Shown: positions 1-10,092 of the stretch, piece after piece
Numbering within the stretch: position 1 is the first letter of the stretch
Layout: each line of letters starts with the position of its first letter
IMG/VR virus record: IMGVR_UViG_3300032322_000635
Coordinates: 1 to 55,059 of that record
Strand: one strand, 5' to 3'
DNA length: 55,059 nt
From: a virus
Taxonomy: Duplodnaviria; Caudoviricetes
Notes under the pieces: generated by a model
What the model saw: only the letters and a program-made list of their open reading frames with translations
What the model was told of the DNA's origin: nothing
Databases searched by the model: none
Position numbers and translations under genes: made by a program

Positions 1-123
1 ACCCAAAGCACAACAGCTTGGATATGCGTGGAGAACAAAGTGGTTAAGCCAGGCGCATGATCATCAGATATTGCCTCCAGGTGATTGGGCCATATGGTTA
101 TTGTTAGGCGGCCGCGGAGCTGG
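1..123. repeat. Terminal direct repeat, copy 1 (circular assembly overlap)
   Basis: Bases 1-123 are identical to 54937-55059 and fall inside the terL reading frame. Confidence 0.97.
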
Positions 124-1384
124 CAAGACACGAACCGCTGCAGAACAGATTGGTTGGTGGGCGTGGACGCAACCTAACACACGATGGTTAGTGTCAGCAC
201 CGACAGCAATGGATGTACGCGGTACATGTATAGAAGGTGAGTCAGGTCTGCTTAACGTGATACCCGCAGAGATGATAGCTGACTATAACAAGTCGCTGCT
301 AGAGTTGAAGCTAACGAACGGCAGCTTGATCAAAGGCATATCAGCGTCAGAGCCTGATCGATTCCGCGGAGGTCAATACCACGGAGCTTGGCTTGATGAG
401 TTAGCAGCATGGGATTACTTGCAAGACGCCTGGGACATGATCATGTTCTCAGTGCGATTAGGACAAGAGACAAAGATCATTGCCTCAACAACGCCAAGAC
501 CTAAAGACTTGATCGTTGAGTTAGTAGGCAGAGCTGAAGATGGATCAGGTGAAGTCATCATGACAACCGCATCAACGTACGCGAACATTGACAACTTAGC
601 ACCAAGCTTTCAACAGCAGATCTTGCAGTATGAGGGAACGAAGCTAGGACGCCAGGAGATCTATGCGGAACTCATAGACCCTGAAGAAGGCGGCATAGTT
701 AAGCGTGAGATGTTCAAGCTTTGGCCAGCAACAAAGCCGTTCCCCAAGTTTGAGTACATCATACAAAGTTATGACTGTGCATATACAGAGAAGACTATTA
801 ACGACCCGACAGCTTGCTTAGTGTTCGGTGTATTCAAACCACTCGATGGCCCGATGGCTGTCATGGTGATTGATGCATGGCAAGAGAGAATGCAGTACCC
901 TGACTTAAGGAAGAAGGTACGAGAAGAGTATGAAGTTAGTTACGGCGCCGACTCAGAGAATGACACAGGAGAGTTTGTCAAAGGTAAGCGAGTTGATCTC
1001 ATCCTTGTCGAAGATAAGGCTGCAGGTATCAGTCTTGTACAGGATATGCAACGGGCGCATTTACCAGTGCGTGCTTACAATCCAGGACGCGCAGACAAAG
1101 TGCAGAGACTATCGATTGTCGCAAACATTATCTCTCACGGACGCGTGTGGATTCCAGAGTCGACAGTTAGACGGGGATATGTACGTGATTGGGCTGAAGG
1201 ATTCGTCAGTCAGATCTGCAGCTTCCCTGAAGCAACGCATGATGACTATGTTGACGCATGCACTCAAGCGCTTCGGTATTTAAGAGACAGCGGATTCTTG
1301 ACGATAGATGTCGCGCCGTATGATGAGAGTGAAGACTACGTAGACGCGGGAAGAAAGCAACGTGTCAACCCGTACGCAGTATGA
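2..1384 (+). CDS. terL: Terminase large subunit (3' part; true start at 54878 across the junction)
   Basis: Walker A GGRGAGKT, Walker B AWLDE, motif III STTP, C-terminal RNase H-like nuclease (SYDCA, VEDKAAG, HDDYVD); frame is open from base 2. Confidence 0.95.
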   Translation, partial: PKAQQLGYAWRTKWLSQAHDHQILPPGDWAIWLLLGGRGAGKTRTAAEQIGWWAWTQPNTRWLVSAPTAMDVRGTCIEGESGLLNVIPAEMIADYNKSLLELKLTNGSLIKGISASEPDRFRGGQYHGAWLDELAAWDYLQDAWDMIMFSVRLGQETKIIASTTPRPKDLIVELVGRAEDGSGEVIMTTASTYANIDNLAPSFQQQILQYEGTKLGRQEIYAELIDPEEGGIVKREMFKLWPATKPFPKFEYIIQSYDCAYTEKTINDPTACLVFGVFKPLDGPMAVMVIDAWQERMQYPDLRKKVREEYEVSYGADSENDTGEFVKGKRVDLILVEDKAAGISLVQDMQRAHLPVRAYNPGRADKVQRLSIVANIISHGRVWIPESTVRRGYVRDWAEGFVSQICSFPEATHDDYVDACTQALRYLRDSGFLTIDVAPYDESEDYVDAGRKQRVNPYAV

Positions 1385-1560
1385 TTGTTTATAGGTATAA
1401 GAATCAGAACGGCTATGTAATGTGGAACTGTCGCCCTGTAAAACAAAGAAGACTAGATCCTAAAGCAAGACGTAACGTAAGAAGATTTAGACGTATATGG
1501 TGGTGGGAAGAAATGAGATGGAATCAAAGACATGGCATCAAAGATAGCAACACCGTGTAA
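1381..1560 (+). CDS. Small Arg/Trp-rich hypothetical protein (59 aa, MIVYRYKNQ...RIWWWEEMRW...)
   Basis: Manual translation; ATGA overlap with the terL stop; below the ORF-track size cutoff. Confidence 0.55.
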   Translation: MIVYRYKNQNGYVMWNCRPVKQRRLDPKARRNVRRFRRIWWWEEMRWNQRHGIKDSNTV

Positions 1561-1699
1561 ACAGATTTGTGAACTAGATACTAAACGCAACATATGCAAG
1601 ACATGCAAGCGAACAGAGGACGAGATAGCAAGTTGGTTAGATTACACACCAAGCGAACGCAAAGCTGTAATGAAACGCATCAAGGAAAGTAATGGCTGA
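1532..1699 (+). CDS. DUF1289-like small Cys-rich protein (55 aa)
   Basis: Manual translation MASKIATPCKQICELDTKRNICKTCKRTEDEIASW... fits the PC..IC.LD....C..C.RT..EI..W pattern of DUF1289. Confidence 0.75.
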   Translation: MASKIATPCKQICELDTKRNICKTCKRTEDEIASWLDYTPSERKAVMKRIKESNG

Positions 1700-4600
1700 C
1701 GTAGGCAAGATTGTTAAAGGCGGACTTAAGGTTGCAAAAGAAATTGCAGAGGGTTCTGCTGCTCGCGCTATTGGTAAGAAGCCTAGAGAAGTTCCTCCAC
1801 CATTCGAACGCGCGCCAGCTAAGTCTAAAGCAGAGATAGATGAGATTGCTAGACGCATCGCTCCACAACTTACTGGTGAGTTTGTCCGCCTCAATCCTAA
1901 ACAAAGCGTCAACCCTGTAGGTAAATCTAAAAAACGATTTGACTATGAGAAGACACTAGAGCACGACATCCGTCCATACACAGAGATCATAGAGCCTGAG
2001 AACTTTGACTATGCTGCTAACCAGGGAAGAGTGCAGCTTGGTATCTTTGGCGACCCAACCCTATCTCAACATGACATCTATTCAGTAGCAGGCCGCAAGC
2101 TTTCAACACCGTCAAGACAATTTGGCGGACCACGTTATGCTATGGACAAGCCTGAAGAAGCCTGGGCATCAAACTTTGGTGCAGCATCAGGATTACAAGC
2201 GGCCGCTAAACAAGCATCACAACAATATGGTGGCGCAGATGTTGTTGGATTGTATTCAAAGATGAGCCAAGACTCTTATGACTTCGCTCAGCATGTAACA
2301 GACACGTTAATGAAAAACATCATGCTGTCATTACCTGACATGAGCAAGAAAGATATTGCTGGCTTTAACAAGATGGTGCGTAACAATCCCGCTGCTAAAG
2401 ACTTTGCTGGTATTGAAAACCCTGACATTGCTTTAGCACAGATGGAAAAGAATCCTGAGATGCGTAAACAATTCTACTGGCGCGCAACAACTCCAACATT
2501 AACAGACGCATTCAACATGCCTAACGGACTTGATGCCGTTCACGCAACCATCATCCCTGAACTTCGCAATCTTGAGACTGGTATCACTGGTCACACTATA
2601 GTTGAGTTAGATCCTGACATAAAATATCTTCATCCAACAACTCGAGAGACTTCTACTACATACGACACAAGCATTCCTCGTAAAGCAGACACTGAAGTTA
2701 AGAAGCTTGAGGCTCTTACTCCAATTGAGATGTCGTTCCCTGATCAATTACTAGAGATTAGTAAGAATCCTAGACAGGCTGGACCAAATGCTTTCGGAAC
2801 ATTAAAAGGTCAGGGCGCACGTCAGATCATTGACCCACAACACATTGACGAGATTGGTACATACAGAGACTTCATCAAGAAGTACACAGGTAAGAAGAAA
2901 GGCGGCGCAGTCAAGATGGCTGACGGCGGTAAAGTATTCAAGGCAGCGCTTAAGTTATTAAAAGAAACAGGAGAAGAAACAACTGAAGCTGCAGCTAAGT
3001 TACCTCCAGCAGAGAACTCAGCACGTACACAAATCGTTGGCACAATTCCTACATACCACAAAGCCCGTGACATACTTAAAGGCTATGGCATTGAAGGCGA
3101 AAGAATCATAGACCTTGGCGCAGGCAAAGGATTAGGCTCAACTATTATGAAGGCACATTCTATGGAGCCTTATGCACAAGGATGGGAGCCAACGTTCACA
3201 CGCGCTGCAGACATTCCGTCAGATACATACGAAGGCCTTACAAACTTAAACGTACTCAATGTAGTTAGCCCTGAAATCAGACGCGGCATTGTTGAAGACA
3301 TCGGTCGTGTACTTAAACCACAAGGCGGCGTGGGCCTCATTACTACACGCGGTAAAGACGTAATGAATACAGTTGGTGGTAAGCCAGGTCCTGAACCTAT
3401 GTCAATGATTACATCGCGCGATACATATCAAAAAGGTTTCACACAACAAGAGTTATATGACTACATCAAAGATATCCTTGGTGACAAGTTTGAATACGAG
3501 AAATTAGATCTAGGTCCAGCAGGCGTTAAAGTAATTAAGAAAGCTAAAGGTGGCGCAGTAGAAGACGATACTGACTACATTCAAGAAGATCCAGTTGCTT
3601 ACCTTATGAATAAGATCAAGCCAGTGAAGACAGCTATAGACAGTCCTGAAGAGTTTAGCCGCCGCATAGGCAAACCAATTCCTGGAGTTAATCCAGCTAT
3701 TGCAATGTTAAAAAAAGGTATTAACCCAGTTATTGAAGCATTAAGAGAAGATGTACAAAAGATTAAACCGAGTGCAGCAATAGACATTCCTGTTAACACA
3801 GTATCAGAAATACTTGGTGCGCCAGTAGACATTGCAAACGAACTAAGAGAGCCAGTAACTCCAATCAGATCAGACATCGTAAGCTCAATAAAAGACTATA
3901 AGCTTCCGCCTTCAGAAGCGTTGCCAGGATCATCTAAAGCATTTAAGAAAGCAACGACAGACATTGGCCTCACCTCAGGTGAAGACTACCCTGCACTACA
4001 GTTTGCAGCTGGCATGGTTGGGCTGCCTGAAGTAAAAGCAGTTGGTAAACTAGCTAAGACTGGTGCTAAAGCTTACGGTAACTTAATCAAAGAAGGTATT
4101 GAGCGCAACATAGGTATGTTTGAGCCACGCATGAACATCATCAAAGACCCAGGTGGTATGTTAGTCGGTGGCGAGAAAGCTTTAGATGATGAATTAGCTT
4201 CGATGAAGAAATGGGCACCAAACTCACCTGAACCTACAGTAGCATTAAACAATTGGGTTGACACAAAAGTTAGAAAGTATTTGCGTAACCAAGCAGGCAC
4301 AGAAAAAGATCCAATACTTAAAGCTATTGAGTCAGGTGTAGAACATAATTTCCAGCCAGCTATGGGAGATACTAAATACTATGTAAAAAACAAAAGAGCT
4401 TCAGTAGGCAAACCTGAAGAAGGTATTGCCAAAACAGAATTAGGTAAAGAATGGGAATACAAAATTGACTCAATGTTTAACCCTAAAAGATCTGAGGAAA
4501 TTAGAGATATTGTAAATAACCCAATGGAGTTTGCAGACCCCTCTACAGCAAAAAGAAGAAAAGCATCACTGCTTCGTGTTGAGCATGACTTGCCAATACA

Positions 4601-5756
4601 AAACGAAGCAGACCTTGATGCACTATCACTGATTAATCAAATACCTGATAAGCATGTATACACATTAAGTGGAACTAATATTACAAACAGATTAGGACTT
4701 AATCATGTTTCTGATGTTCTTTATGAAGACTTAGCAGCTGGCCGCTTAACACCTCAACAACTTGATCAGATGTCTATCGAAAAAGCTATACGCCGCACTG
4801 CAGAGTATGACACAGAAAAAGCTAAAGCAATGACAAAGGCGCACGCAACTTCAGTAGAAGGTATGCCAATCCCTAAAGAATACAACGATGGATATAAATG
4901 GGTAGAACTTAAACACGAAACAGATCCATCGAAAACTAAATCAGCTTTGAAGTCAGAAGGTGAAATGATGGGTCACTGCGTCGGTGGTTATTGTCCTGAA
5001 GTTGAAAGCGGAGAAATTAAAATATTCTCATTACGAAGCCCTGACGGTAAATCACATGTCACTATTGAAGCGCGACCACAAATTAGCATGACCTTGTGGA
5101 GAAACGAAAACATGGATCTTATTAGCAGAAATCCTGAGTTAATGAAATTAGATTTCAATATGAGGTCTTTAGATAATGACGACAAATATGGACGTCAAAT
5201 GACAGAGCGTGATTACATAAGAATAATGACTGAGGAGATGAAAAAGCGAAATATTAATCCTATTGAACCGCCAAGCTACATGGAGCTTCATCAAGTTAAG
5301 GGTAAACAAAACAAACGCCCTGACGAAAAATATCAAAGCTATATTTCAGACTTTATTAAAAACAATCCAACTAAACATGAGATTGCTGATGTGTATGAGT
5401 TAAACAATACAAACTTAATGAGTGTGCAAGATATAGTTGATACGGGATTAGTTAATAAAAAAATTCACTTTCATCCTGACGTTATTAAAGCGCTAGAAAG
5501 CACAGTGCCTAATTATCAAAAACAAACGCCGTTACTAAAAGATGAATATACATACGGATTGATTAAAGGCATCGCTAAAGACTTTGCAAGCAAAGGTCAA
5601 TATTACATTGATAACGAAGATATTATTAACGCAGCAAAAGCAATGATCCCTCCAGGTAAAAAAGCTGGCGGACCAATTACTAAAAAAGATTTGGAGAACC
5701 AAATGAAGTTAGACGATATTGTAGACACACCAAACTTAAGGAGACGTTATGGCTGA
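1692..5756 (+). CDS. Large multidomain (polyvalent-type) protein with class I SAM-methyltransferase-like and PcfJ-like domains
   Basis: IIDLGAGKG (SAM motif I), LNVLNVV and VLKPQGG; EGEMMGHCVGGY...IFSLRS...HVTIE...QVKGKQN is PcfJ-like; domains are separated by KxGG motifs. Confidence 0.7.
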   Translation: MADVGKIVKGGLKVAKEIAEGSAARAIGKKPREVPPPFERAPAKSKAEIDEIARRIAPQLTGEFVRLNPKQSVNPVGKSKKRFDYEKTLEHDIRPYTEIIEPENFDYAANQGRVQLGIFGDPTLSQHDIYSVAGRKLSTPSRQFGGPRYAMDKPEEAWASNFGAASGLQAAAKQASQQYGGADVVGLYSKMSQDSYDFAQHVTDTLMKNIMLSLPDMSKKDIAGFNKMVRNNPAAKDFAGIENPDIALAQMEKNPEMRKQFYWRATTPTLTDAFNMPNGLDAVHATIIPELRNLETGITGHTIVELDPDIKYLHPTTRETSTTYDTSIPRKADTEVKKLEALTPIEMSFPDQLLEISKNPRQAGPNAFGTLKGQGARQIIDPQHIDEIGTYRDFIKKYTGKKKGGAVKMADGGKVFKAALKLLKETGEETTEAAAKLPPAENSARTQIVGTIPTYHKARDILKGYGIEGERIIDLGAGKGLGSTIMKAHSMEPYAQGWEPTFTRAADIPSDTYEGLTNLNVLNVVSPEIRRGIVEDIGRVLKPQGGVGLITTRGKDVMNTVGGKPGPEPMSMITSRDTYQKGFTQQELYDYIKDILGDKFEYEKLDLGPAGVKVIKKAKGGAVEDDTDYIQEDPVAYLMNKIKPVKTAIDSPEEFSRRIGKPIPGVNPAIAMLKKGINPVIEALREDVQKIKPSAAIDIPVNTVSEILGAPVDIANELREPVTPIRSDIVSSIKDYKLPPSEALPGSSKAFKKATTDIGLTSGEDYPALQFAAGMVGLPEVKAVGKLAKTGAKAYGNLIKEGIERNIGMFEPRMNIIKDPGGMLVGGEKALDDELASMKKWAPNSPEPTVALNNWVDTKVRKYLRNQAGTEKDPILKAIESGVEHNFQPAMGDTKYYVKNKRASVGKPEEGIAKTELGKEWEYKIDSMFNPKRSEEIRDIVNNPMEFADPSTAKRRKASLLRVEHDLPIQNEADLDALSLINQIPDKHVYTLSGTNITNRLGLNHVSDVLYEDLAAGRLTPQQLDQMSIEKAIRRTAEYDTEKAKAMTKAHATSVEGMPIPKEYNDGYKWVELKHETDPSKTKSALKSEGEMMGHCVGGYCPEVESGEIKIFSLRSPDGKSHVTIEARPQISMTLWRNENMDLISRNPELMKLDFNMRSLDNDDKYGRQMTERDYIRIMTEEMKKRNINPIEPPSYMELHQVKGKQNKRPDEKYQSYISDFIKNNPTKHEIADVYELNNTNLMSVQDIVDTGLVNKKIHFHPDVIKALESTVPNYQKQTPLLKDEYTYGLIKGIAKDFASKGQYYIDNEDIINAAKAMIPPGKKAGGPITKKDLENQMKLDDIVDTPNLRRRYG

Positions 5757-8325
5757 GATGCCCATTGACCCAAATTTCGGTCGCAACATACCAGGGCTTC
5801 CTGATCCACAAGGTCAGCAGGCTCAACAACCTCAAGAACAGATGCCTCCTGGTGGCATGGAAATTGACTTGCTTCAATTTGAAGAACCTCAAGAAATAGA
5901 AGAGTTAGATGATGGCTCAGCTATTGTTCACATGGACAATTACAAAGGTCCTGATGAAGATGAAGAGTTCTATTCAAACTTAGCAGAGTCAGTAAACCTT
6001 TACGATATTAATCGCATTGCAATGCGCTACTTAGATTTAATTGAAAAAGATAAGGAAGCTAGAGAGAAACGTGATAAACAATATGAAGAAGGTATTAAGA
6101 GAACTGGGCTGGGTGATGATGCTCCTGGCGGCGCGAACTTTATGGGAGCTTCTAAGGTTGTACACCCTGTTATGGCAGAAGCTTGCGTTGACTTTGCAGC
6201 GTCTGCAATCAAAGAAATGTTTCCGCCCGATGGCCCAACACGAACAAAAATCCTCGGTGAAGTAACGGAAGAAAAGACAGAGATAGCAGAACGTAAACGT
6301 GACTACATGAACTGGCAGCTCACAGAACAGATTGAAGAGTTCCGTGATGAGACAGAACAATTACTTACACAGTTACCATTAGGTGGATCACAGTTCTTAA
6401 AACTCTACTACGACGACAAGAAGAAACGTCCATGCGCAGAGTTTGTACCTATCGACAATATCTACTTACCATTCGCGTCAGCAAACTTCTACACAGCACA
6501 ACGTGTAACAGAAGTACAAGATATTACTGACTGGGAATTTAGACAACGTATTGACCGCGGCCTCTATCGTGATACGGATTACATCCGCGCAACAGCAGAG
6601 CCTGAAGAGTCTAAATCAGAACAAGCTAACAACAAAGTAGAAGGCCGTCAGTATCAAGATGGCGTTGATGGTTTACGCCGCGTCTATCACATCTATACGT
6701 ACTTAGAGTTGGATGATGACAAGCGTACCAAAGGTGAGACAGCTCCTTACATTCTTATGATCGATGACATCGACAACAAGGTGTTAGGTCTATACAGAAA
6801 CTGGGAGGAAGGCGATGAAACGTTTACTAAACTGGACTGGCTGGTCGAATTTAAGTTCATACCTTGGAGAGGTGCTTATGCCATTGGCTTGCCTCATCTT
6901 ATTGGTGGGCTTAGTGCTGCTCTTACAGGTTCTTTACGTGCTTTACTGGATACCGCTCATATCAATAATAGCGCTACAATGCTTAAGCTTAAAGGTGCGA
7001 AAATTAGCGGGCAGTCTGATCAGATAGAGATCACACAGATTGTAGAAATTGAAGGTGCACCAGGTGTAGACGATGTTCGTAAGATTGCTATGCCGTTACC
7101 ATTCAATCCACCATCACCAGTATTGTTCCAATTACTTGGTTGGTTAGATAACGCAGCTAAAGGTGTGATATCAACATCCGAAGAGAAGATTGCAGACATC
7201 AATGCAAACGCTCCAGTAGGTACAACACAAGCGTTGATTGAACAAGGCGCTAAAGTATTCTCATCTATCCACGCAAGACTTCACGAGTCACAAGGTCGAG
7301 TATTAAAAGTACTAGGCCGTATCAATCGTTGGTATCTTGACGAGCAGAAGAAGGGCGACGTTGTTGTTGACCTTCCAATTGTTAAAGAAGATTTTAATAA
7401 AAACTCTGACGTTATTCCAGTTTCTGATCCGCATATTTTCTCAGAAACACAACGTATGGCTCAGAATCAAGCTGTATTAACTTTAATGCAAACATATCCA
7501 CAATCGTTTGATGTTAACGCTGTATTACAACGCGTACTCAAACAGATGAAGGTGCCTAACGTAAATGAGTTAATGCCAGCAACTGCTAAACCTAGAGAGA
7601 TGGATGCCGCACATGAAAATGCTGCGATGGCATTAGGAAAACCTGCGTTCGCATATCCACGTCAAGAACATCTTGCGCACTTACAGTCACATTTAAACTT
7701 TGCGCTTGACCCTAACCTAGGTGGAAGCAATTTAATCGCTCCTGCGTACATACCGCAAGCTTTAGAGCATATTAAACAGCACATGATGCTCTGGTATGTA
7801 AACCAAATGAATGAGTACGCAACTGACGGTACTGGTATTGATATCAAGAAATACGACAAGAGTAAATTGGTTGAGAAAATTGATCAAGCAATTGCACTGG
7901 CTAGTGAACACGTTAAGCAAGATACGCAAGAAGTATTTGCGGGCGTTACACCAGCTCTGCAACAACTTGGTGAAATTATGAAGAAATTCCAACAACAACC
8001 ACAGATTCCTCCAGCTGATCAAGCGATCCTACAAGCGTCACTTGCTGAAACGCAAAGACGTCAAGCTAAAGATCAACTTGATGCTCAGTATGATCAAGCA
8101 AAACTACAATCTGACAATCAGAACATTGATAAGAAGCTTGTGTTTGAAGCTCAAGAATCTCAGAAGAAACGCGATATTGATATTGCGATGAACGCTGAAA
8201 ACAACTTAACGCAAGAACGAATCAAGTCAGCAGAACTTACTATTGATGAGATTCGCTTACGTAAAGAGCAGGAGCAGACTGCTATAAAACTGCAAAATGA
8301 AGCTCAACGTAACTTAGGGAGATAG
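5749..8325 (+). CDS. Portal protein (podovirus type, long C-terminal coiled coil)
   Basis: 858 aa; position after terminase; HPVMAEACVDFAA and PVGTTQALIEQG motifs; Gln/Glu-rich helical C-terminus. Confidence 0.85.
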   Translation: MAEMPIDPNFGRNIPGLPDPQGQQAQQPQEQMPPGGMEIDLLQFEEPQEIEELDDGSAIVHMDNYKGPDEDEEFYSNLAESVNLYDINRIAMRYLDLIEKDKEAREKRDKQYEEGIKRTGLGDDAPGGANFMGASKVVHPVMAEACVDFAASAIKEMFPPDGPTRTKILGEVTEEKTEIAERKRDYMNWQLTEQIEEFRDETEQLLTQLPLGGSQFLKLYYDDKKKRPCAEFVPIDNIYLPFASANFYTAQRVTEVQDITDWEFRQRIDRGLYRDTDYIRATAEPEESKSEQANNKVEGRQYQDGVDGLRRVYHIYTYLELDDDKRTKGETAPYILMIDDIDNKVLGLYRNWEEGDETFTKLDWLVEFKFIPWRGAYAIGLPHLIGGLSAALTGSLRALLDTAHINNSATMLKLKGAKISGQSDQIEITQIVEIEGAPGVDDVRKIAMPLPFNPPSPVLFQLLGWLDNAAKGVISTSEEKIADINANAPVGTTQALIEQGAKVFSSIHARLHESQGRVLKVLGRINRWYLDEQKKGDVVVDLPIVKEDFNKNSDVIPVSDPHIFSETQRMAQNQAVLTLMQTYPQSFDVNAVLQRVLKQMKVPNVNELMPATAKPREMDAAHENAAMALGKPAFAYPRQEHLAHLQSHLNFALDPNLGGSNLIAPAYIPQALEHIKQHMMLWYVNQMNEYATDGTGIDIKKYDKSKLVEKIDQAIALASEHVKQDTQEVFAGVTPALQQLGEIMKKFQQQPQIPPADQAILQASLAETQRRQAKDQLDAQYDQAKLQSDNQNIDKKLVFEAQESQKKRDIDIAMNAENNLTQERIKSAELTIDEIRLRKEQEQTAIKLQNEAQRNLGR

Positions 8326-8327
8326 AT

Positions 8328-8504
8328 ATGGCAACAACTGACAAAGAACAATCTGGTGAATTAGTCAATATGCACAAGCGCATTAATCACGGTGCATGGT
8401 TAGATGGCGAAACACTACAAGAATCTGGAAGTGCAACAATGCCGAAAGCTAATAGCGATCACGGCAACTTCGAGTCAAGTGCTATCAAAAAAGATAACGC
8501 ATGA
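8328..8504 (+). CDS. Hypothetical protein (58 aa, MATTDKEQSG...)
   Basis: Manual translation; GGGAGA RBS; fills the gap between portal and the next ORF, with ATGA overlap. Confidence 0.65.
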   Translation: MATTDKEQSGELVNMHKRINHGAWLDGETLQESGSATMPKANSDHGNFESSAIKKDNA

Positions 8505-8689
8505 GGTACGTATCCGACATTATCAGTGCTGTAAAAGCGCGTCAGGCGGAGATTGAAAAGTCGTTAGCAAGTGGCAACGCTGCTAATTATGATTCTTATC
8601 AACGCTTGGTCGGAGAGTATGCAGGCTTATCAACTGCGATAGATATTATTAACAACCTTCTAAAAGAAGAGGAAGACAAAGAACTATGA
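8501..8689 (+). CDS. Small helical head-module protein
   Basis: ORF track; coupled overlaps on both sides; YQRLVGEYAGL motif. Confidence 0.7.
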   Translation: MRYVSDIISAVKARQAEIEKSLASGNAANYDSYQRLVGEYAGLSTAIDIINNLLKEEEDKEL

Positions 8690-9108
8690 GTAACAATCCA
8701 GTAGCTGGTAGTACGGCTGATTTACAGGATGCTTTTCCTGTTGTAGACCCTGGTGCAGTTCCTTTAGGCGCAAGAGTACTTGTACAAATGCGTTTACCAA
8801 AAAAAAGAATGACCTCATCGGGAATTATTCTCGCTGCAGAAACAGTGGATACAGAGAAAGCGCAAAATCCTGTCGGCAAAGTAGTAGCCATCGGACCATT
8901 AGCGTTTAAAAAACGCGACACAATGGAATCATGGCCAGAAGGTTCATGGGTAGAAGTGGGCGATTTCGTCCGCGTACCACGTTGGACTGGAGACAGATGG
9001 GAAATCCCAGTTAGCAAAGATGACGTAGTGCAGTTCATGCTTATGAACGACCATGAAATTATTGCTAAATTAACAAGCGATCCACTAGAAATGAGGGCAT
9101 TTGTATGA
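8686..9108 (+). CDS. groES: GroES/Cpn10-like co-chaperonin
   Basis: PLGARVLV, mobile loop TSSGIIL, GKVVAIGP, VEVGDFV, C-terminal MNDHEIIA. Confidence 0.85.
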   Translation: MSNNPVAGSTADLQDAFPVVDPGAVPLGARVLVQMRLPKKRMTSSGIILAAETVDTEKAQNPVGKVVAIGPLAFKKRDTMESWPEGSWVEVGDFVRVPRWTGDRWEIPVSKDDVVQFMLMNDHEIIAKLTSDPLEMRAFV

Positions 9109-10082
9109 GTATTGATGACAAAGATGTAAAAGATACAGAAGTTATTGAAGTAGAAGAGGCTGGAGATGGTTCTGCTATTGCAGAATTACCTGAAAGCATC
9201 CCTTCACCACAAGGAGATGGAAGCGATGAAGCAGACGAACGTGCTGCCAAAGCTGAAATCATGGCTACAGGCTCTGTTGATCCTGATGCTGAAGCCCTTC
9301 GTGAAGCAAAGCGCGAAAAGAGACGCATGCGCAAAGAGTATCATAAGAAGGTTTCGGTTGAAAAAGACCATAAACTCTCTTATTTAGAGCGTCAAAACCA
9401 AGAATTGCTAGAAAGATTAGCGGTTGTTGAGAGAAAAACCCACGGATCAGAGATTGCCCGCTTAAATAAGGCAATTGAAGACCAAGAAACAAAGATTTTG
9501 TATGCTAAACAGCGTATTAAGGAAGCTACAGAGACTGGCAACGGTGATTTACTCACTTCTGCACAGGAAATGTGGTTTGAGGCACGTAGAGACTTTGAAG
9601 CTTTAGATAATTTGAAGCGTCAATCAGTCAATATACAGCCTAGACAGACAATTCAAGCGCCAGATCCAATGGTTCAGCGTTATGCAACGGATTGGATGTC
9701 AGAAAATCCTTGGTACGACCCTAATGGCCGTGATCCTGACTCAAAAGTAGCTCTTACTATTGACCAGGCAATGGCTGACGAGGGTTGGAGCCCACAAACT
9801 CAAGATTACTGGGAAGAACTCGATAATCGCTTGCAAAAGTATTTACCTCATCGTTATAATGGGGTGGTAGAAAGCGTAAGTCCATCTACAAGAAGACCTA
9901 GAAATGTTATTACAAGTTCTGGTCGGGAAAGCATGGCATCGAGTGGAGGTGGTAAAAACACATTCACATTAAGCCCAGACCAAGTCAGGGCAATGAAAGA
10001 TGCAGGCATGTGGGATGATCCCGATAAACGAGCAAAGATGATTAAACGCTATGCTCAAGACCAACGTAACAACAAACTATAG
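9105..10082 (+). CDS. Probable capsid scaffolding protein
   Basis: Acidic N-terminus, long coiled coil, NPWY motif, short C-terminal helical hairpin (LSPDQVRAMKDAGM); lies between portal and capsid. Confidence 0.65.
   Translation: MSIDDKDVKDTEVIEVEEAGDGSAIAELPESIPSPQGDGSDEADERAAKAEIMATGSVDPDAEALREAKREKRRMRKEYHKKVSVEKDHKLSYLERQNQELLERLAVVERKTHGSEIARLNKAIEDQETKILYAKQRIKEATETGNGDLLTSAQEMWFEARRDFEALDNLKRQSVNIQPRQTIQAPDPMVQRYATDWMSENPWYDPNGRDPDSKVALTIDQAMADEGWSPQTQDYWEELDNRLQKYLPHRYNGVVESVSPSTRRPRNVITSSGRESMASSGGGKNTFTLSPDQVRAMKDAGMWDDPDKRAKMIKRYAQDQRNNKL
9831..9860 (+). promoter_or_regulatory. Sigma70-like promoter inside the scaffold gene, facing the capsid genes
   Basis: TTGCAA-N18-TATAAT. 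Confidence 0.45.
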
Positions 10083-10092
10083 GAGAATTAAA

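Noticed and set aside
1-123. 123-bp end repeat as a biological direct terminal repeat
   Set aside because: It falls in the middle of terL, which is typical of an assembler overlap on a circular or permuted genome
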